Shown: one piece after another, positions 35,085-47,074 of the stretch
Layout of the letters: each line of letters starts with the position of its first letter
Numbering within the stretch: position 1 is the stretch's first letter
NCBI GenBank assembly: GCA_965603825.1
Contig: CBFDEM010000041.1
Location: forward strand, 124,001-188,000
Length of the DNA: 64,000 bases
Direction of reading: 5' to 3'
Origin: Blepharisma stoltei ATCC 30299
Taxonomy: Eukaryota; Protista; Ciliophora
Program-made: the position numbers and the translations under genes
Notes under the pieces: generated by a model
What the model was told of the DNA's origin: nothing
The model's database searches: none
What the model saw: the letters and a program-made list of their open reading frames with translations, nothing else

Positions 35085-36098
35085 TTAAATAACTAAAGTA
35101 GTTTCAGGAAGGTTAATATGCCTCGCGATTTGATATAAAGCTTTTACCATTTTATCATGTTTTTTCGTAAAATTTTGTTCAGCTGTTGTAATTGTGAGAA
35201 AAAGCTCTCTTCTTTGGGTGGTCGTCATTTCTTCTAAAAACTCAATTCTATTTTTCAAAGGTTCTTGGCTTATCTCTCTTAGCCCTTTCATAAAATCCTC
35301 TGTAGTTTTAATAATATCTCTTTGCATATTAGCAATTTTATTCTCCACATCATTTTTAAGTGCCAAAAATTCTTCTCTAATCTCTTTTAATTTATCTATA
35401 CTCTCTGCTTTTTCTGGTTTTTTCTTCAAATTATAAATTTCATTTTGAATTTCTTTGATTTCATAATTAATCCTCTCTATTTTTTGTTTATTATCTTCAT
35501 ACTCTTTCTCAATTTCATACGAATTTTTCATTTTTTCAATAGATTTCAGCATATCACTATGGTTTTGCACTTGGAAAGAATTTGTCTCAATTAATTTTTG
35601 CGCATTTGCAAAAAAATCGTTTTGGTCATTTTGTATATCAATAAACCCTTGCTTTAAGCTGTCCATATCATTTAGTATTTCATCTTGTTTCGTTTTCATT
35701 ATATGGATTTGTTGAAATGCTTGTTTTGTCGTCTGAGTTAATGCTGAATTTAGCTGATGATGGGATTCTTCAGCTTCTTTATTGCTTTTAAAGCTTTCTT
35801 CTAGGATATGAAAAAGCTCGTCACGTGATTCTTTTAGTTCATCTCGGAAGTCTTGTTTTACAAATTCTATTTCTTCTGCTACAGATTCAGCTAGTTCTAT
35901 TAAGATGGTTTTTAATGAGGAAATTTGAGATAGGGCGTAGTTGAGTTCGTGCTTGTCATCCTTTTCGATGGTGCTAGGGATAAAATTGGAGCTGCTTATA
36001 TTAAGCTGCTGAGCGAGATGGTGAATGGAACTCTTGAAACTAGGGTGATCTTTTGAGAGGGAATTCGAAATATTAGGTTGGGGATAATGCCTCCACAT
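35085..36098 (-). CDS. Coiled-coil hypothetical protein
   Basis: 337-aa ORF with heptad-like E/K/Q-rich composition. Confidence 0.8.
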   Translation of the reverse strand: MWRHYPQPNISNSLSKDHPSFKSSIHHLAQQLNISSSNFIPSTIEKDDKHELNYALSQISSLKTILIELAESVAEEIEFVKQDFRDELKESRDELFHILEESFKSNKEAEESHHQLNSALTQTTKQAFQQIHIMKTKQDEILNDMDSLKQGFIDIQNDQNDFFANAQKLIETNSFQVQNHSDMLKSIEKMKNSYEIEKEYEDNKQKIERINYEIKEIQNEIYNLKKKPEKAESIDKLKEIREEFLALKNDVENKIANMQRDIIKTTEDFMKGLREISQEPLKNRIEFLEEMTTTQRRELFLTITTAEQNFTKKHDKMVKALYQIARHINLPETTLVI

Positions 36099-36263
36099 GT
36101 AATAATTAATTGATATAATATAAAATTAAGTTGGATTTGATTGAATAAGTAATTTTGGAAATTTTAATACAATATAGAAGAGATATCTCGCAAATAAATT
36201 TTATAATTGACTAATGACCCAAAATATCTAAATTGAAGGAATTTCTTGAATGCTTATTTAGTT

Positions 36264-36515
36264 TTACCGAACTCTAGTAACCGTGATCTCAGCTTGGATT
36301 ACTGACTCATCTTCATCTTCAAGAGAGCAGAGGCTCCCAGCCAATTCAGCTGAAGCAATAGCAGTATGTATTCCTGGACTTCTTATTAAAAAGTTTGTTG
36401 TGCAAGTAGGAACGATTGATCTAATCATAAGAGGCTTTGTGTAATGAAATTTATTGGCCACTGGAAATCTTACAATTGCCCTGGAAAAGCTTCTTGCATA
36501 AGTAAATAAGCCCAT
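36264..36515 (-). CDS. Small putative mitochondrial protein; may extend to 36228 if 36253-36267 is an intron
   Basis: Arg/Ser-rich presequence-like N-terminus; IHTAIASAEL motif; candidate intron gtaaaactaaataag overlaps the stop. Confidence 0.55.
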   Translation of the reverse strand: MGLFTYARSFSRAIVRFPVANKFHYTKPLMIRSIVPTCTTNFLIRSPGIHTAIASAELAGSLCSLEDEDESVIQAEITVTRVR

Positions 36516-36541
36516 ATTTTATTATTTGGCCTAAGATTATT

Positions 36542-37142
36542 TTAATCGCGCTCAAATAAGACCTGATAGATTTGGACCCTGTGCACGGCGCTGTATAGGA
36601 AAGCCTTGAAAACTCTTTTTTTCTCAGTCCTGATGATATTTCTCATCTTCGTTGCTTCAAGCATGTAGAATTCTTGACCAACTTCTAACTTTTGTCTAGG
36701 CTGGATACTAAAGAGACCACAGAGCCTGACATCGCGGCAAGGCTTCTTATTGTGAATTAGACTCATTGGCCTTAGGTATCAATTTTTGGAATTCAAATTG
36801 ATGAGCATTAAGAATTTCCACATTCTGGGATGACCTTTGCTGAAAAGTTTGTATTCAGTAGGGAGCTGGATATTGTGCAATTATCACTGACTTTTCCAGT
36901 AGCTAGTGGGTCAGCGTTACAGATCACTTTGATGTCGCTAAAGATGCTTCTTTCACGTCCCAATTCAGTCAGTATGATTTTCGAGATTGTTTTTGGTTCT
37001 GTTGGCTTGCGTTAAGCAAAAAAACTTTGATGACGTAAGCCGTCCACTTTTCAGGCTTTTTCAGTGATTTCTCTCATTGACACTACAATGCTTACTAAGT
37101 CTGCTTTTACACCTTCAGAAAGCGCTGCAGGGCTGAAGCCAT
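36542..37142 (-). pseudogene. Frameshifted relic of the C-terminal (linker + biotinyl) part of an acyl-CoA carboxylase alpha subunit (PCCA-like)
   Basis: Consecutive homologous segments lie in three frames: VEILNAHQFEFQKLIPK..*, AMSGSVVSL, SIQPRQKLEVGQEFYMLEATKMRNII. Confidence 0.55.
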
Positions 37143-37637
37143 TTTATTATTATAGTTTTTTATTCAGCATTTTTAAAAATTACTATTATTTTATTAATGA
37201 AAAGAAAATTTAGCTACAAACAGTATGAATTTTAAGAGTGTTTTTATTTTTAAACCTTATAACAAGGCTAAGACTAATTTTATCAAAAATATATAATGGG
37301 CTTACCTGTTTTATATTTGGAATATTTAAGTTATAATTTCCAGAGTTTCACAAAATTCCAACTTCAAAAAATCTGAGCAACAGCTTTTGCCATCTTTGAA
37401 ATTCCATTGAGATTAAAGATATTGTTATTAACTATTAAGCAGTATAAGCCGCTGCTATTCATTTCTATCCCTAAGAAAAATGCTGAGGAGTCACCATCAT
37501 TCCAAACCCCCAAATAAATGAACCCTCGCTCTCTAATTTTTTCATAAATCATCTCTCTAAATAGGAGTTTCTTCGCAGCGGCTAAGATTTTGCTATTCGA
37601 ATTAAGGTAATAAAGATGTAAAATTATAGGGGACTCA

Positions 37638-38015
37638 TTATACATTTAATCTATCTAATAATTCAAAGAGACGATCAAGTTCATGTGTAAGCATGAGCTC
37701 TAATATATTGACCATTTCGCTTTCTCTCATCGCAGCGCATTGATTTTTGTGGCTCACTTCAATTACCACAGGGCGATCCGCCCTGGTGTTACGATACTGA
37801 GTTCGTTTGACAATTTTTGTAATTGTATGAAACCTATCTTTGCATAGTGGACATGAATTTTCAGTCTAAATTAGCATTACTTGAGACCACTTCGTAATGC
37901 AATCAAAGCAAAAATTGTGATTGCAACAACTTAGCTTGCCTTGATAGGAAACAGGGTTCAGGCAAATCCCACATTTCTCTGCATTATTCATGAATCTCGT
38001 AAGAACTCCACTCAT
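37638..38015 (-). CDS. C3HC4 RING-finger protein, ~120 aa (absent from the ORF track); intron 37866-37880
   Basis: CGIC..CCNHNFCFDCITKWSQ|TENSCPLCKDRF. Confidence 0.88.
37866..37880 (-). other. 15-nt intron (phase 0)
   Basis: gtaatgctaatttag; splits the RING domain. Confidence 0.9.
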
Positions 38016-38817
38016 TTTATAAATATGCACCCTACACGTTCCTATTGACGTGAGATACTTGCGCTAATATGGATTTTCAAATTTAAACTTTAACAACAAA
38101 TCAGAAGAGCCTGGGTATGGAGAAAGTTCGGTTTGGCTTTATATAGACTTAAATTATTCTCATATTGATATGGAAATGGCCAGTCAGAGATAAGAAGAGT
38201 GTATTGGTGAAAGCTGGTAGGATAAGGGTTGAAGGTTGTTAGAAAGACGGTTGGGGTTTAAAGATTTAGGATGGGAAGCGGTTAGCCTGAATGGGGCTAT
38301 TAATAGGAAATAGGATAATTGTAATTTTATATTAATTAGCTGCGTAAAAAAGGTACTGCAGAATCCATGATAATTATGATATGGCTACGATAATAATCGA
38401 TAGGTTACTTATAGAAGAGGTAAATTTAATATTTAAAGTGACAAAATTGTAATTATTTTAAGGTTTTCTTTTACTAAGTTTTTTCTTAAAAAATTCTGAT
38501 CAAAAAATACTTAAAAATTCTGATATTAAAGATATGTTTTTGAGCTGTTTCATACATCGTAACTTTAAAGCATTTGCTGATAAGACAAATTATTAAGAAA
38601 TTTATTCAATACGGTCGCATTTAATTACTAAACCGAAGTTTCACCCATCTCTGCATAATTAAACTAATTATGTGAAAATACAATTAAGAACTCAAACAAT
38701 AATAAACTTTCCCTTTATAAAAGCTCTTAGTTTTCTCGTGTAATCTTTAAACTCTAATTTTTCACAAATTTCCCTTTTATTTTTATTATAAACTTTAAAA
38801 ATTGCTAAATCTTATTA

Positions 38818-39828
38818 TTAGTTAAGTATCAGAATATCTGCAAATCCCATCGCTAGCTGCCTTTTAACTGATTCCGGGATTGGATTCACTTGTAATACCA
38901 ATTTAAAATTTGGCAAAACCTGATGCAAAAGCAGCCTCAAGTAATGATCGCTTGAAATATTGTTTAAAGATAAGTTCAGTCTTTTGAATACCTTATTTTT
39001 TATCAAATAAAATTGCTTTGATTCTTCATCCTGAACCAGCTCATCTGCAGGTGGTTCAGGCTCTACTTGCTTTCCCTTTGATTTCAGTGCTTTTGCCTTT
39101 GCAAGATCTTTTTCTTTTTTTCTATACTCTTCAACTTTATCATCAGGGAAATGCAATCTCCCAAACACTCCTATAAAAGGCGCAATATGATCATCAGTCA
39201 AATTGTTTTTTGCCAAATTTAAGTGCACCAGATATCTATTTGTTTCTAAAACACCTGCGAAGCTAGTCAATGTATTGAAGCAATTTCCATACAAATCCAA
39301 GGCTTTAAGTGTTTTATTTGTTTTCAGCGCTTCACAGATCCCATGAATTGCTTCATTTCCTAGATTACAGCATCTTAATGATAGAGTCTGCAGTTTTGTG
39401 CCTTCTTTCAGAAAATCTATATATTTTCGATCAGGAAGTCCAGGATTCCAGTCGAGCTGGATCCAATTAATATGATCTAAATGAATAATGCTTTGCAACA
39501 TATCCACAAGTTCTTCACTTAGCCCACAGTTATTGAATCTAAGCATTCTCACTGGATCTGTAGTTAGCGTAAAAATCAAAATCTTGAATGAAAAAACGTC
39601 AAAATGGAAAGAAGTTGCTAAGAAATTAGGTATCTCAATTTCTTGACCAGATGATGTAGACATGTCTCTTAGTTGTTCTTTAAAAGAAGGGTGCATATAA
39701 GCAGAAAGGCTTTGAATTATATTCGCCAAATCATTCCACAGCCTCCCCGTACACTTGTATCCTAGTGCAGTAATCTCATCTAGTCTCCTCTGTTCATGGC
39801 AGTTGTAAAACCAATATGTCCCTTCCAT
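38818..39828 (-). CDS. Leucine-rich repeat protein (RI-like; LRRC71-like)
   Basis: LSLRCCNL, LKALDLYGN, LVHLNLAKNNL, a charged insert, then RLNLSLNNI. Confidence 0.85.
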   Translation of the reverse strand: MEGTYWFYNCHEQRRLDEITALGYKCTGRLWNDLANIIQSLSAYMHPSFKEQLRDMSTSSGQEIEIPNFLATSFHFDVFSFKILIFTLTTDPVRMLRFNNCGLSEELVDMLQSIIHLDHINWIQLDWNPGLPDRKYIDFLKEGTKLQTLSLRCCNLGNEAIHGICEALKTNKTLKALDLYGNCFNTLTSFAGVLETNRYLVHLNLAKNNLTDDHIAPFIGVFGRLHFPDDKVEEYRKKEKDLAKAKALKSKGKQVEPEPPADELVQDEESKQFYLIKNKVFKRLNLSLNNISSDHYLRLLLHQVLPNFKLVLQVNPIPESVKRQLAMGFADILILN

Positions 39829-39861
39829 ATTTAAATTAAAATCACTATTACTCTGAATGAA

Positions 39862-41004
39862 TTATTTCAATGGTATCTCTATTTTCATTTCTTTAAGAGT
39901 CTCTTTGATGCTGTTTACAAGATGGAGTGTACTTTCTGTGTCATGATCTCCTAATACTGAAACTCTAAATGTCTTAGCACTTTTAGTGACGCAGGTTGGG
40001 TAAATCCAAACTCCCTTTTCACACAACGCATTTTGGAAAGTATTAAAATCCCAGTTAGGATGGCTAGGCTGATAATATGTAGTTACACACAAAGCCTGGT
40101 TTTCAGGAGCTAGGAAAGGCTTAAACCCTATTTTATGAAGCTCTGAATGCATCACTCTTTGATTTTCTCTTAAGATCTCAAGCCTTCTTTGAATTCCTCC
40201 ATGTTCTTCAGCTTCACATAAAGATGCATGAAGAGCTGCCAGCATATGTGTAGGAGGAGTAAATCTGAATTGGCCGTAATTTTTAAGCTGATAGTCCCAT
40301 TGGTCATATAAGTCAAGAGATAAGGAATGTGCTAAGCCTTTAGTCTTTTTTAATTGGTTTAGCTCTGCAAGGACAAGTCCAGAACCAGGGTGTCCTTGTA
40401 AGAATTTATTGAATGATGTGCAGTAATAATGGATTTTGGCTGATTTTAAATCAATAGGTGCCATTCCAAAAGAGCTGATCCCGTCAATGATTTTTACAAG
40501 CCCTGGCTTGGTTTCATTTAAAGCTTGACAAATTGAACTCAGTGGGTTAAGCATTCCTGTAGGGGTTTCAGAATGGACCATTGAGAAATGGGTGATATTA
40601 TCTTCTAATGCATTTACTACATCACTCGGAGTGATTGACTGATTTTCTGGCTTTTCTATCACTTTATAAGGGATTTTAAGTGTCCTAGCTATTTTTTCAA
40701 TGTTCATACCATAATGCCCATTTCTTGCCACAAGAATTTTTTCGCTCCCATCTTTTTTAATTGCTCCTAGGGCTCCTTCAACTCCATATGATCCAGGTCC
40801 TTGCATGATAATCGTTGTATATTCTGTTTCGCTCAGCTCAGCAATCCTCAGTACCTTAACTTTAATTTCTTCAACCATCCTGCTAAATGTAGGATCCCTT
40901 GACCCATAGTCAATTAAAACAGCATCTTTGGTTCTTTGGGTAGTTTTTACTGGGCCAGGGGTATAAAGTGTAGGAAAGCTGAACCTGAAGAACCTCCTGA
41001 TCAT
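39862..41004 (-). CDS. phnW: 2-aminoethylphosphonate transaminase (PhnW-like class V PLP aminotransferase)
   Basis: TPGP, DYGSRD, VHSETPTGMLNPL, DGISSFG, NKFLQG (PLP lysine), SLSLDLYDQW, RFTPPTH. Confidence 0.85.
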   Translation of the reverse strand: MIRRFFRFSFPTLYTPGPVKTTQRTKDAVLIDYGSRDPTFSRMVEEIKVKVLRIAELSETEYTTIIMQGPGSYGVEGALGAIKKDGSEKILVARNGHYGMNIEKIARTLKIPYKVIEKPENQSITPSDVVNALEDNITHFSMVHSETPTGMLNPLSSICQALNETKPGLVKIIDGISSFGMAPIDLKSAKIHYYCTSFNKFLQGHPGSGLVLAELNQLKKTKGLAHSLSLDLYDQWDYQLKNYGQFRFTPPTHMLAALHASLCEAEEHGGIQRRLEILRENQRVMHSELHKIGFKPFLAPENQALCVTTYYQPSHPNWDFNTFQNALCEKGVWIYPTCVTKSAKTFRVSVLGDHDTESTLHLVNSIKETLKEMKIEIPLK

Positions 41005-41060
41005 TTATAAATTATGACTAAAATCCCATTAAAGCTCTGGATATTACAATAAATATTGAA

Positions 41061-42296
41061 ATGATGCTGATCATTTTATTATTTGTGACTGCGTCATTTG
41101 CGAAGTATATATCAAATGTTGTCACTTTAGGGGCTGGCCAGCAGTGGAAATATATAAGCAAATTTGCTGTTGATGTAGGGGCTGGGGAATGGGAATTGAA
41201 AGCAAAATTCAATAAGCCTATAAATGAGACGTATAAGGACGATATATCACTGGTCGCAAGTGTATATATTGATGATAACTGGGATGAAGTTATGGACACA
41301 AATGACTGCAAAACAAAAGTGGATTTATCGAGGAGAGAAAGATTTTTATTCCTTAATCCAAATGGAGAGTGGTCAGAACAATTGAATGGTAAATTATCTC
41401 AGAAGCTAAGACCGCACATATGATATTTTGCTATATCTGACTGTGAAGGCAAATTATCAGACAAAACAAGGATTAAGGTAGAAATGCATTTTGTGAATGA
41501 AGGGCATTCTGAGTTCTCTACTGAAGATAATGGCTTAGTCTATCTATATCCTATTCTGCTAGTGCTCTATCTAATTGCCTTATCAGGAAACATATTCAGG
41601 CTGATAAAAATGTTCCAGAAAACTAATGATATCGAAACAAATGTAATTTTTTTTAATTCATCGATAGGCTGTCAGTTCGGAGGAATTTTCTTCCAATGCA
41701 TCCACCTTTGGGTATACTCTTACAATGGTAAAGGAATCACAGTCTTTGATTTTTTTTCACAGTCTTTAGAAATTGTTTCGACATTGATTATTACTATTCT
41801 TTTTATTTTAATGGCAACTGGCTGGACTTTAAAGCAAAAAGAATTTCCTGATGCTGATGTGTATATACCAGTTGGACTAATGGTGGTTTTGCTTAATTTG
41901 GTAATCGTGGGACTAGGAAGAATTACAGATGATTCATATTATAAATTCAGTGATTACGAAGGAATTATTGGATTTTTATTGATTTTAATAAGAATTGGGC
42001 TCTGGGGATGGTTTATTTATTTAATTAGAGGCTTAATGACGAAAGTTCATGGCAAAATGAGCCAGTTTGTTACACAATTTGCAGCATTGGCGACTATTTA
42101 CTTTTTAGCTTTGCCTGCTCTTATTATCATTTCATGGCTGTTTGCACCTTATTTTAGAAACAAAGTAGTTATTTTAGGCTCTACAGTTATACAAATGGGA
42201 GTTTTTGTATTTCTAACACATCTTTTTAGTGAAAAAAGCACTTATTATAAAATTTCGTCAATGTCGGACAGTGTTTTACCAGGTAAAATGCGTTAA
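41061..42296 (+). CDS. GPR180/TMEM145-family protein (signal peptide, luminal domain, 7TM), ~411 aa; TGA=Trp at 41421
   Basis: RPHI[W]YFAISDC, SEFSTED, HLWVYSYNGKG, LMATGWTL. Confidence 0.85.
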
Positions 42297-42849
42297 CTTA
42301 ATATAATTACTTTAGTTAAGCCAAAATTTATTCTACTAATATTTAATTAATTGCCCGCTGTAAATTAATTTTATACAAAAATATTTTTTCGCTGTAAAGA
42401 AAATAATCTTTTCTGCTAATAAACATTCACATTATTGTTCTAAATTACCCGAAACAAGGTTATTAGAGCATAAGTACTAAGCTTAATCAAGTAGCTTTGA
42501 CTCCACAAACTTAAGAATATTAATAACGCCTCCAAAATTATCGAATTAAATATGGTATTACTATATTTCGTTTGAACTATTAGGCAAGAACTTCAAACGA
42601 CATAGCCTTTATTTTTTCACGAATGAGATTGAATAGTATAATAACATAATTTTAAAAATACTCAGTTTCTTTAAAAATAAGAAGCAAGCGGCTTGTAATT
42701 ATATATCACAAAGGTGCCTGAGAAAATGGCATAATTAACGTGCAGCAATTAATCTTACCAAATTTAAAATAAATTATTAAGCTGCTCCTAAAAGTCACAT
42801 TATATAGATAGTGCAATTTTAGTAGGCATTCATATGTAAAATTTATAAA

Positions 42850-45800
42850 ATGGACAAATCAAAAGAAGTCAAGCTAAGAAAAGCAGTCTTACTAATTAGT
42901 GATGTCTGCCAACAGCAGCTAAAAGGCCAACAGAGAGTTCAAACTCTGATTTCTGAGCTCATTATGCTTCTAGACGAATGCTTTGGCGAAGAGCATGCCA
43001 CTGAAATATTGAACGCACTAACTGACAACAGTGATGGCTTTTTTCAACCAAGAGGCCTTGTATTCACATTGAGATTTTCTTTAATCGCCAGAAAAATTAT
43101 GTCGAAAAAGGTAAAATTCTCCTTTAACATGATGAAATGTATTTTTAAAGAATTCAAAAGAGAGTCAGCTTTAAACCCATCTCAGGTCTCAGAGCACAAA
43201 ATAAGAAGCTTCTTTAGCTCTCCAGAGCCCAGAAAAAATGATACATGCATTGACGAGAATAAATCTTGTGATTTAGTTTTCAGCAGAGTTAGCGAAGCAG
43301 ATGCTGATTATTCAGCATATAAGAAAAAAAGAACAAAGGAAATGGGCGATGTGCTAAAAAATCAAAATGAAAAATTAATTAAAGAAAAGACGTTTTTGGA
43401 TTGGAGAAATAAAATGATGATGAATAAATACAAATGGATTGGGATTTTGAACAATTGTATTAAGATTTTTAAGAGATGTTTGGGGAAGCATTTTGGGAAA
43501 TTTTTGATAGGAGGGAAGGCTAGGCTGAGATCAAAGAGTGCACTTTGTAGGCTAATTAAGAAGGCTGATATTAAAAAATGCCAATCTCTGTTTAAAGTTT
43601 GGAAAAAAACTCAAATTCATTTAAGAAACAAATCTGATTCCTCAAAAATACAGCAATCACAAACTAAGAAGTGAAACTTATACAATGCAAGAAAAGTAAT
43701 TGCCGGACTAGAGCAAGCCCTTTTTTATTTTTTCCTTGAAAAGGCATTCACTGCAATTATCGGTAGACTCTCAAAGCTTGAAAGATTTGAAAAGCCTTTG
43801 AATGATACAAAGCATCAAAAAATCAGAGCATCTGGCCCAAATCATGATGAAAAAATTGGGGCAGAAACTCCTTCCTTTAAGACAAGCACAATCCAAAATC
43901 AAGCCCTTGTCGATTTTGGGGCGTCTCCTATTGAGAGTTCTTCAAATAAACTTTCCTTTTCTCAATTATCAAGCATTTCAATATTTGGATATTTAAAGAG
44001 TGATAATGAAGATTTAAGTAAAACAATTGGCTCTTTTAACCCTGATAATGAATCGAGTAGATCAATATGTGATGAAAGCAGCTTAAGCCTTTTTGGGCCT
44101 GGGGATGAAAAAGAAATAAAAGATATAATTAATACATCTAATGAAAGTTTAGAAAAAGGTGAAATTCCTAAGAAAGAAGATAAAAGGCAGACGCCTGACA
44201 ATTTAAAAGTTCCAAGACCTCCAAAAAACATTGCAAAATTAAGAAGAAATATGCAATCTGAAAAGCGCACTCAAAGTAGTCCAAGGCCAGAAAGAGAAGA
44301 AATTAAGGAAAATAGTGCAGACAGCCAAGAAAAAGATTCGATAAAACTTGAAATGCCAAAGAAACCTGGAGGCTTTGCAGAAAGAAATAGAGAAAAACGA
44401 AACTTAAGGGCACTTTCGCAAACACAGCCAAAAAAGTCTAACGCTCTCAGCCAAAGCCCCAAAAAAGAAGTGAGCTCACCTAATATAGATAGCTGCCACC
44501 CAGTTATTGAAAACAATCGGCTTAGTGACTCTATAATTAACTTACCAGCACAAGCACCTAAAACCCCCCAAAATATATTCAATGAGCAAGAAAAGAAAAA
44601 AACAGAGACTCTCCCCTTTATATCAAAAGAAAATTTTTCAAAGCCTTCAAAACTTAACAAAGTTCCTATAGAAGCTGTTAGTGAAAAGTCTGATATTGAA
44701 AGCTCTAAAGATTCTTCACCAGTATTTAATCAAAGACGCAACATCTCAAAATTTAGTATATTTGGCCCTATTAATTCTTTGGGGATTAAAATTGCTGACA
44801 ATAAAACTCACCGAAGAGAAAACTTATCATTTGACCCATCAAACTACACACCATATAAAGAGAAAAATCCATTTGATTCTATTGAGAGCATAAAAACAGC
44901 AGACACGTCACCATCTCAAGTTTATACTAGAGACAGTTCAAGATTTTCATTAAATTCTGTTACCAATCATACAGAAATTCGTCCTCGTCCATTCTTAGTT
45001 TGCAAGCCTCTGCCTTCAAAATATGCTGATTTTGATATCGAGCTGCAAGAATCAGTTGGAATCCAAAGCAAAATAATAATAAAAATCAAAAAAATCCAGA
45101 AATTCAGTGAAGTTATTTTGAGGAATCAAAATCATTATATCAAATATCTGAAATTTAATAATTGGAAAAATTTTACAGAGGAAAGGAGGTCTGATGTCAG
45201 GTACTGGATTAATTGCTTATTTGAAGCACTCATTTTAAATGTTTTAAAAGACTGGACAAGGCCGCTTAATAGTAAATCCCCTGAAATTTGCTCATTTGAC
45301 TCTATTGAATCACTAAAAGAAACAGAATTTATTAAGCCAAGACTATTGCAAGATGATCCATTTTATGATGAAAAAAAATTATTCAGAAAAAAATCAGCTC
45401 AAATATTAGCATTGGCGATTAAAAAAATAATAAAACAAAGCCAAATGGAAAGCGGATTTGATAAAATCGCTCAATATTCTTCTCAAAAGAAGCGCTTGAA
45501 ATATCAAAATATAAAAGAAAAAAGCTTATTGCAATCTCGCTATACTAAGCCAATAAAGACATTAGAAGCTAAAGCTTGTTTTATCATCCTTAACAATATT
45601 TTGCAGCCAAAATTTAAAAAAACTCTCAAATGTTCTTTTGATTCTATTAGAACCAAAGCATTTACTTATAGATCCAGCTATAAACCAAAATCAAAAAGAA
45701 ACAGCCTCCATAGTGCAGGTCCATTACTAATGAAACTCTCCAAAATATTCCAGCTTCATTCTATAAACGATAAAAAGAAATCATTCAGAGTTATTTATTC

Positions 45801-46320
45801 CTATGCAAAAAATCTTAAAAATGATTGCAAGGTTTACAAATTCATTAATCTCCTACAATGCGTTTTCAAAAGATCTCAAAAAGACTATATTTATGCTGGA
45901 TTTAGCAGAATTTATGACAAAAGTGAAAGGGCGAGAATTTATAAATACGTGAAAATTGATTATTTTTTTAAAAAAGTGTTTATCAGAAGATTAGCGAATG
46001 CATTTGTTGTTTGGGTCAGCAATTCAGCTAAAGCAAAAGAAATAGAAAGAAAAAAGCTGAATTTATCTAATACATTACAAAGAAGGAGTGGAAATAAAGC
46101 AGATCTTTCGTGGACTTCATGTTTTTCATCACATTCTACAAGTCCTATGACATCAAGGGCTAGAGGATTTGATGTAAATTCCAAAAACATGAAAATTTTC
46201 TTGCCTTTTCCGAAATCAATTCATGATTATATTGATGATTTTAATGAAGTTTCAAAGCAAAAAATAGATGCATCGTATTTTACTAGCCCAGGAGGAAATT
46301 CAGGGAAAATGCGCATATAA
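42850..46320 (+). CDS. Large Lys/Ser-rich hypothetical protein, ~1156 aa; TGA=Trp at 43672
   Basis: The 42850 and 43798 ORFs are one frame separated only by TGA. Confidence 0.78.
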
Positions 46321-46697
46321 CAATTTTAACTGTATTAAGTCATTATAATTAATTAAAATTGTGAATAAATTATACTAAATTAAATTATAATATCAAATCA
46401 TGCATTTTAATTGTCTAGCGATATTTGACATTTTTCTTATTTATATACGGTTTAAGCTCTTTAATTGTGTTTAAACAATTAAATTTATCATAAAATTGTA
46501 TATCAGCCTTCTCAAGCCAATGCTATTTATATAACATAAATGATTTTATAAAAGACACTGAAACCATAAGTCTTGTATTTATTAAGATAAATATTTGAAA
46601 AGCTATATATTGCTCATCTCAAGGATAAGAAAAAATTGACTGAAGATTAAATTATAACAATAATTTTATCATTTTTAAACACTTAAGTAAAATAAGT

Positions 46698-46913
46698 TTA
46701 TTTTTCTTTACCAACTATAAGAGGAACATTTGAGTATGTAGTTGGACCTTCAATACTCCCAAGTGCATTTAATCCTACATATAAGAAAACTAAAAGCATT
46801 AAGACAATGAGAATTCCAGAAAGTGCTGCAGGGTTAATTGGTATATTCTCTGTATCTGTTGTTGCTGCTCTTGAAACTCCTAGTAAAAAGCCTGAGATAA
46901 TTAATTCTTTCAT
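46698..46913 (-). CDS. 71-aa signal peptide + TM protein resembling the C-terminal TM domain of V-ATPase accessory subunit Ac45/Voa1
   Basis: INPAALSGILIVLMLLVFLYVGLNALGSIEGP resembles the TPGI.MGL....L..G...L.SI..P pattern. Confidence 0.55.
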   Translation of the reverse strand: MKELIISGFLLGVSRAATTDTENIPINPAALSGILIVLMLLVFLYVGLNALGSIEGPTTYSNVPLIVGKEK

Positions 46914-47074
46914 TTTATTGAATAATAACTATTATATTTAAATTATAATTGAAGCCAATTGGGCATAGTGAGATTTACAATTCTTATAGTATTTTACAGG
47001 TATAATTTAATTTATTAAATATCCAAAGCCACAAGAAAACTAATTGATTTATATGTATAAATTAAATTATATAA

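Noticed and set aside
38030-38320. G-rich stretch with a possible 10-bp terminal helix and GGGGCT, suggesting RNase P/MRP
   Set aside because: The interior is C-poor with few helices, GGGCTA pairs locally with TAGCCT, and the region is more simply the upstream region of the RING gene
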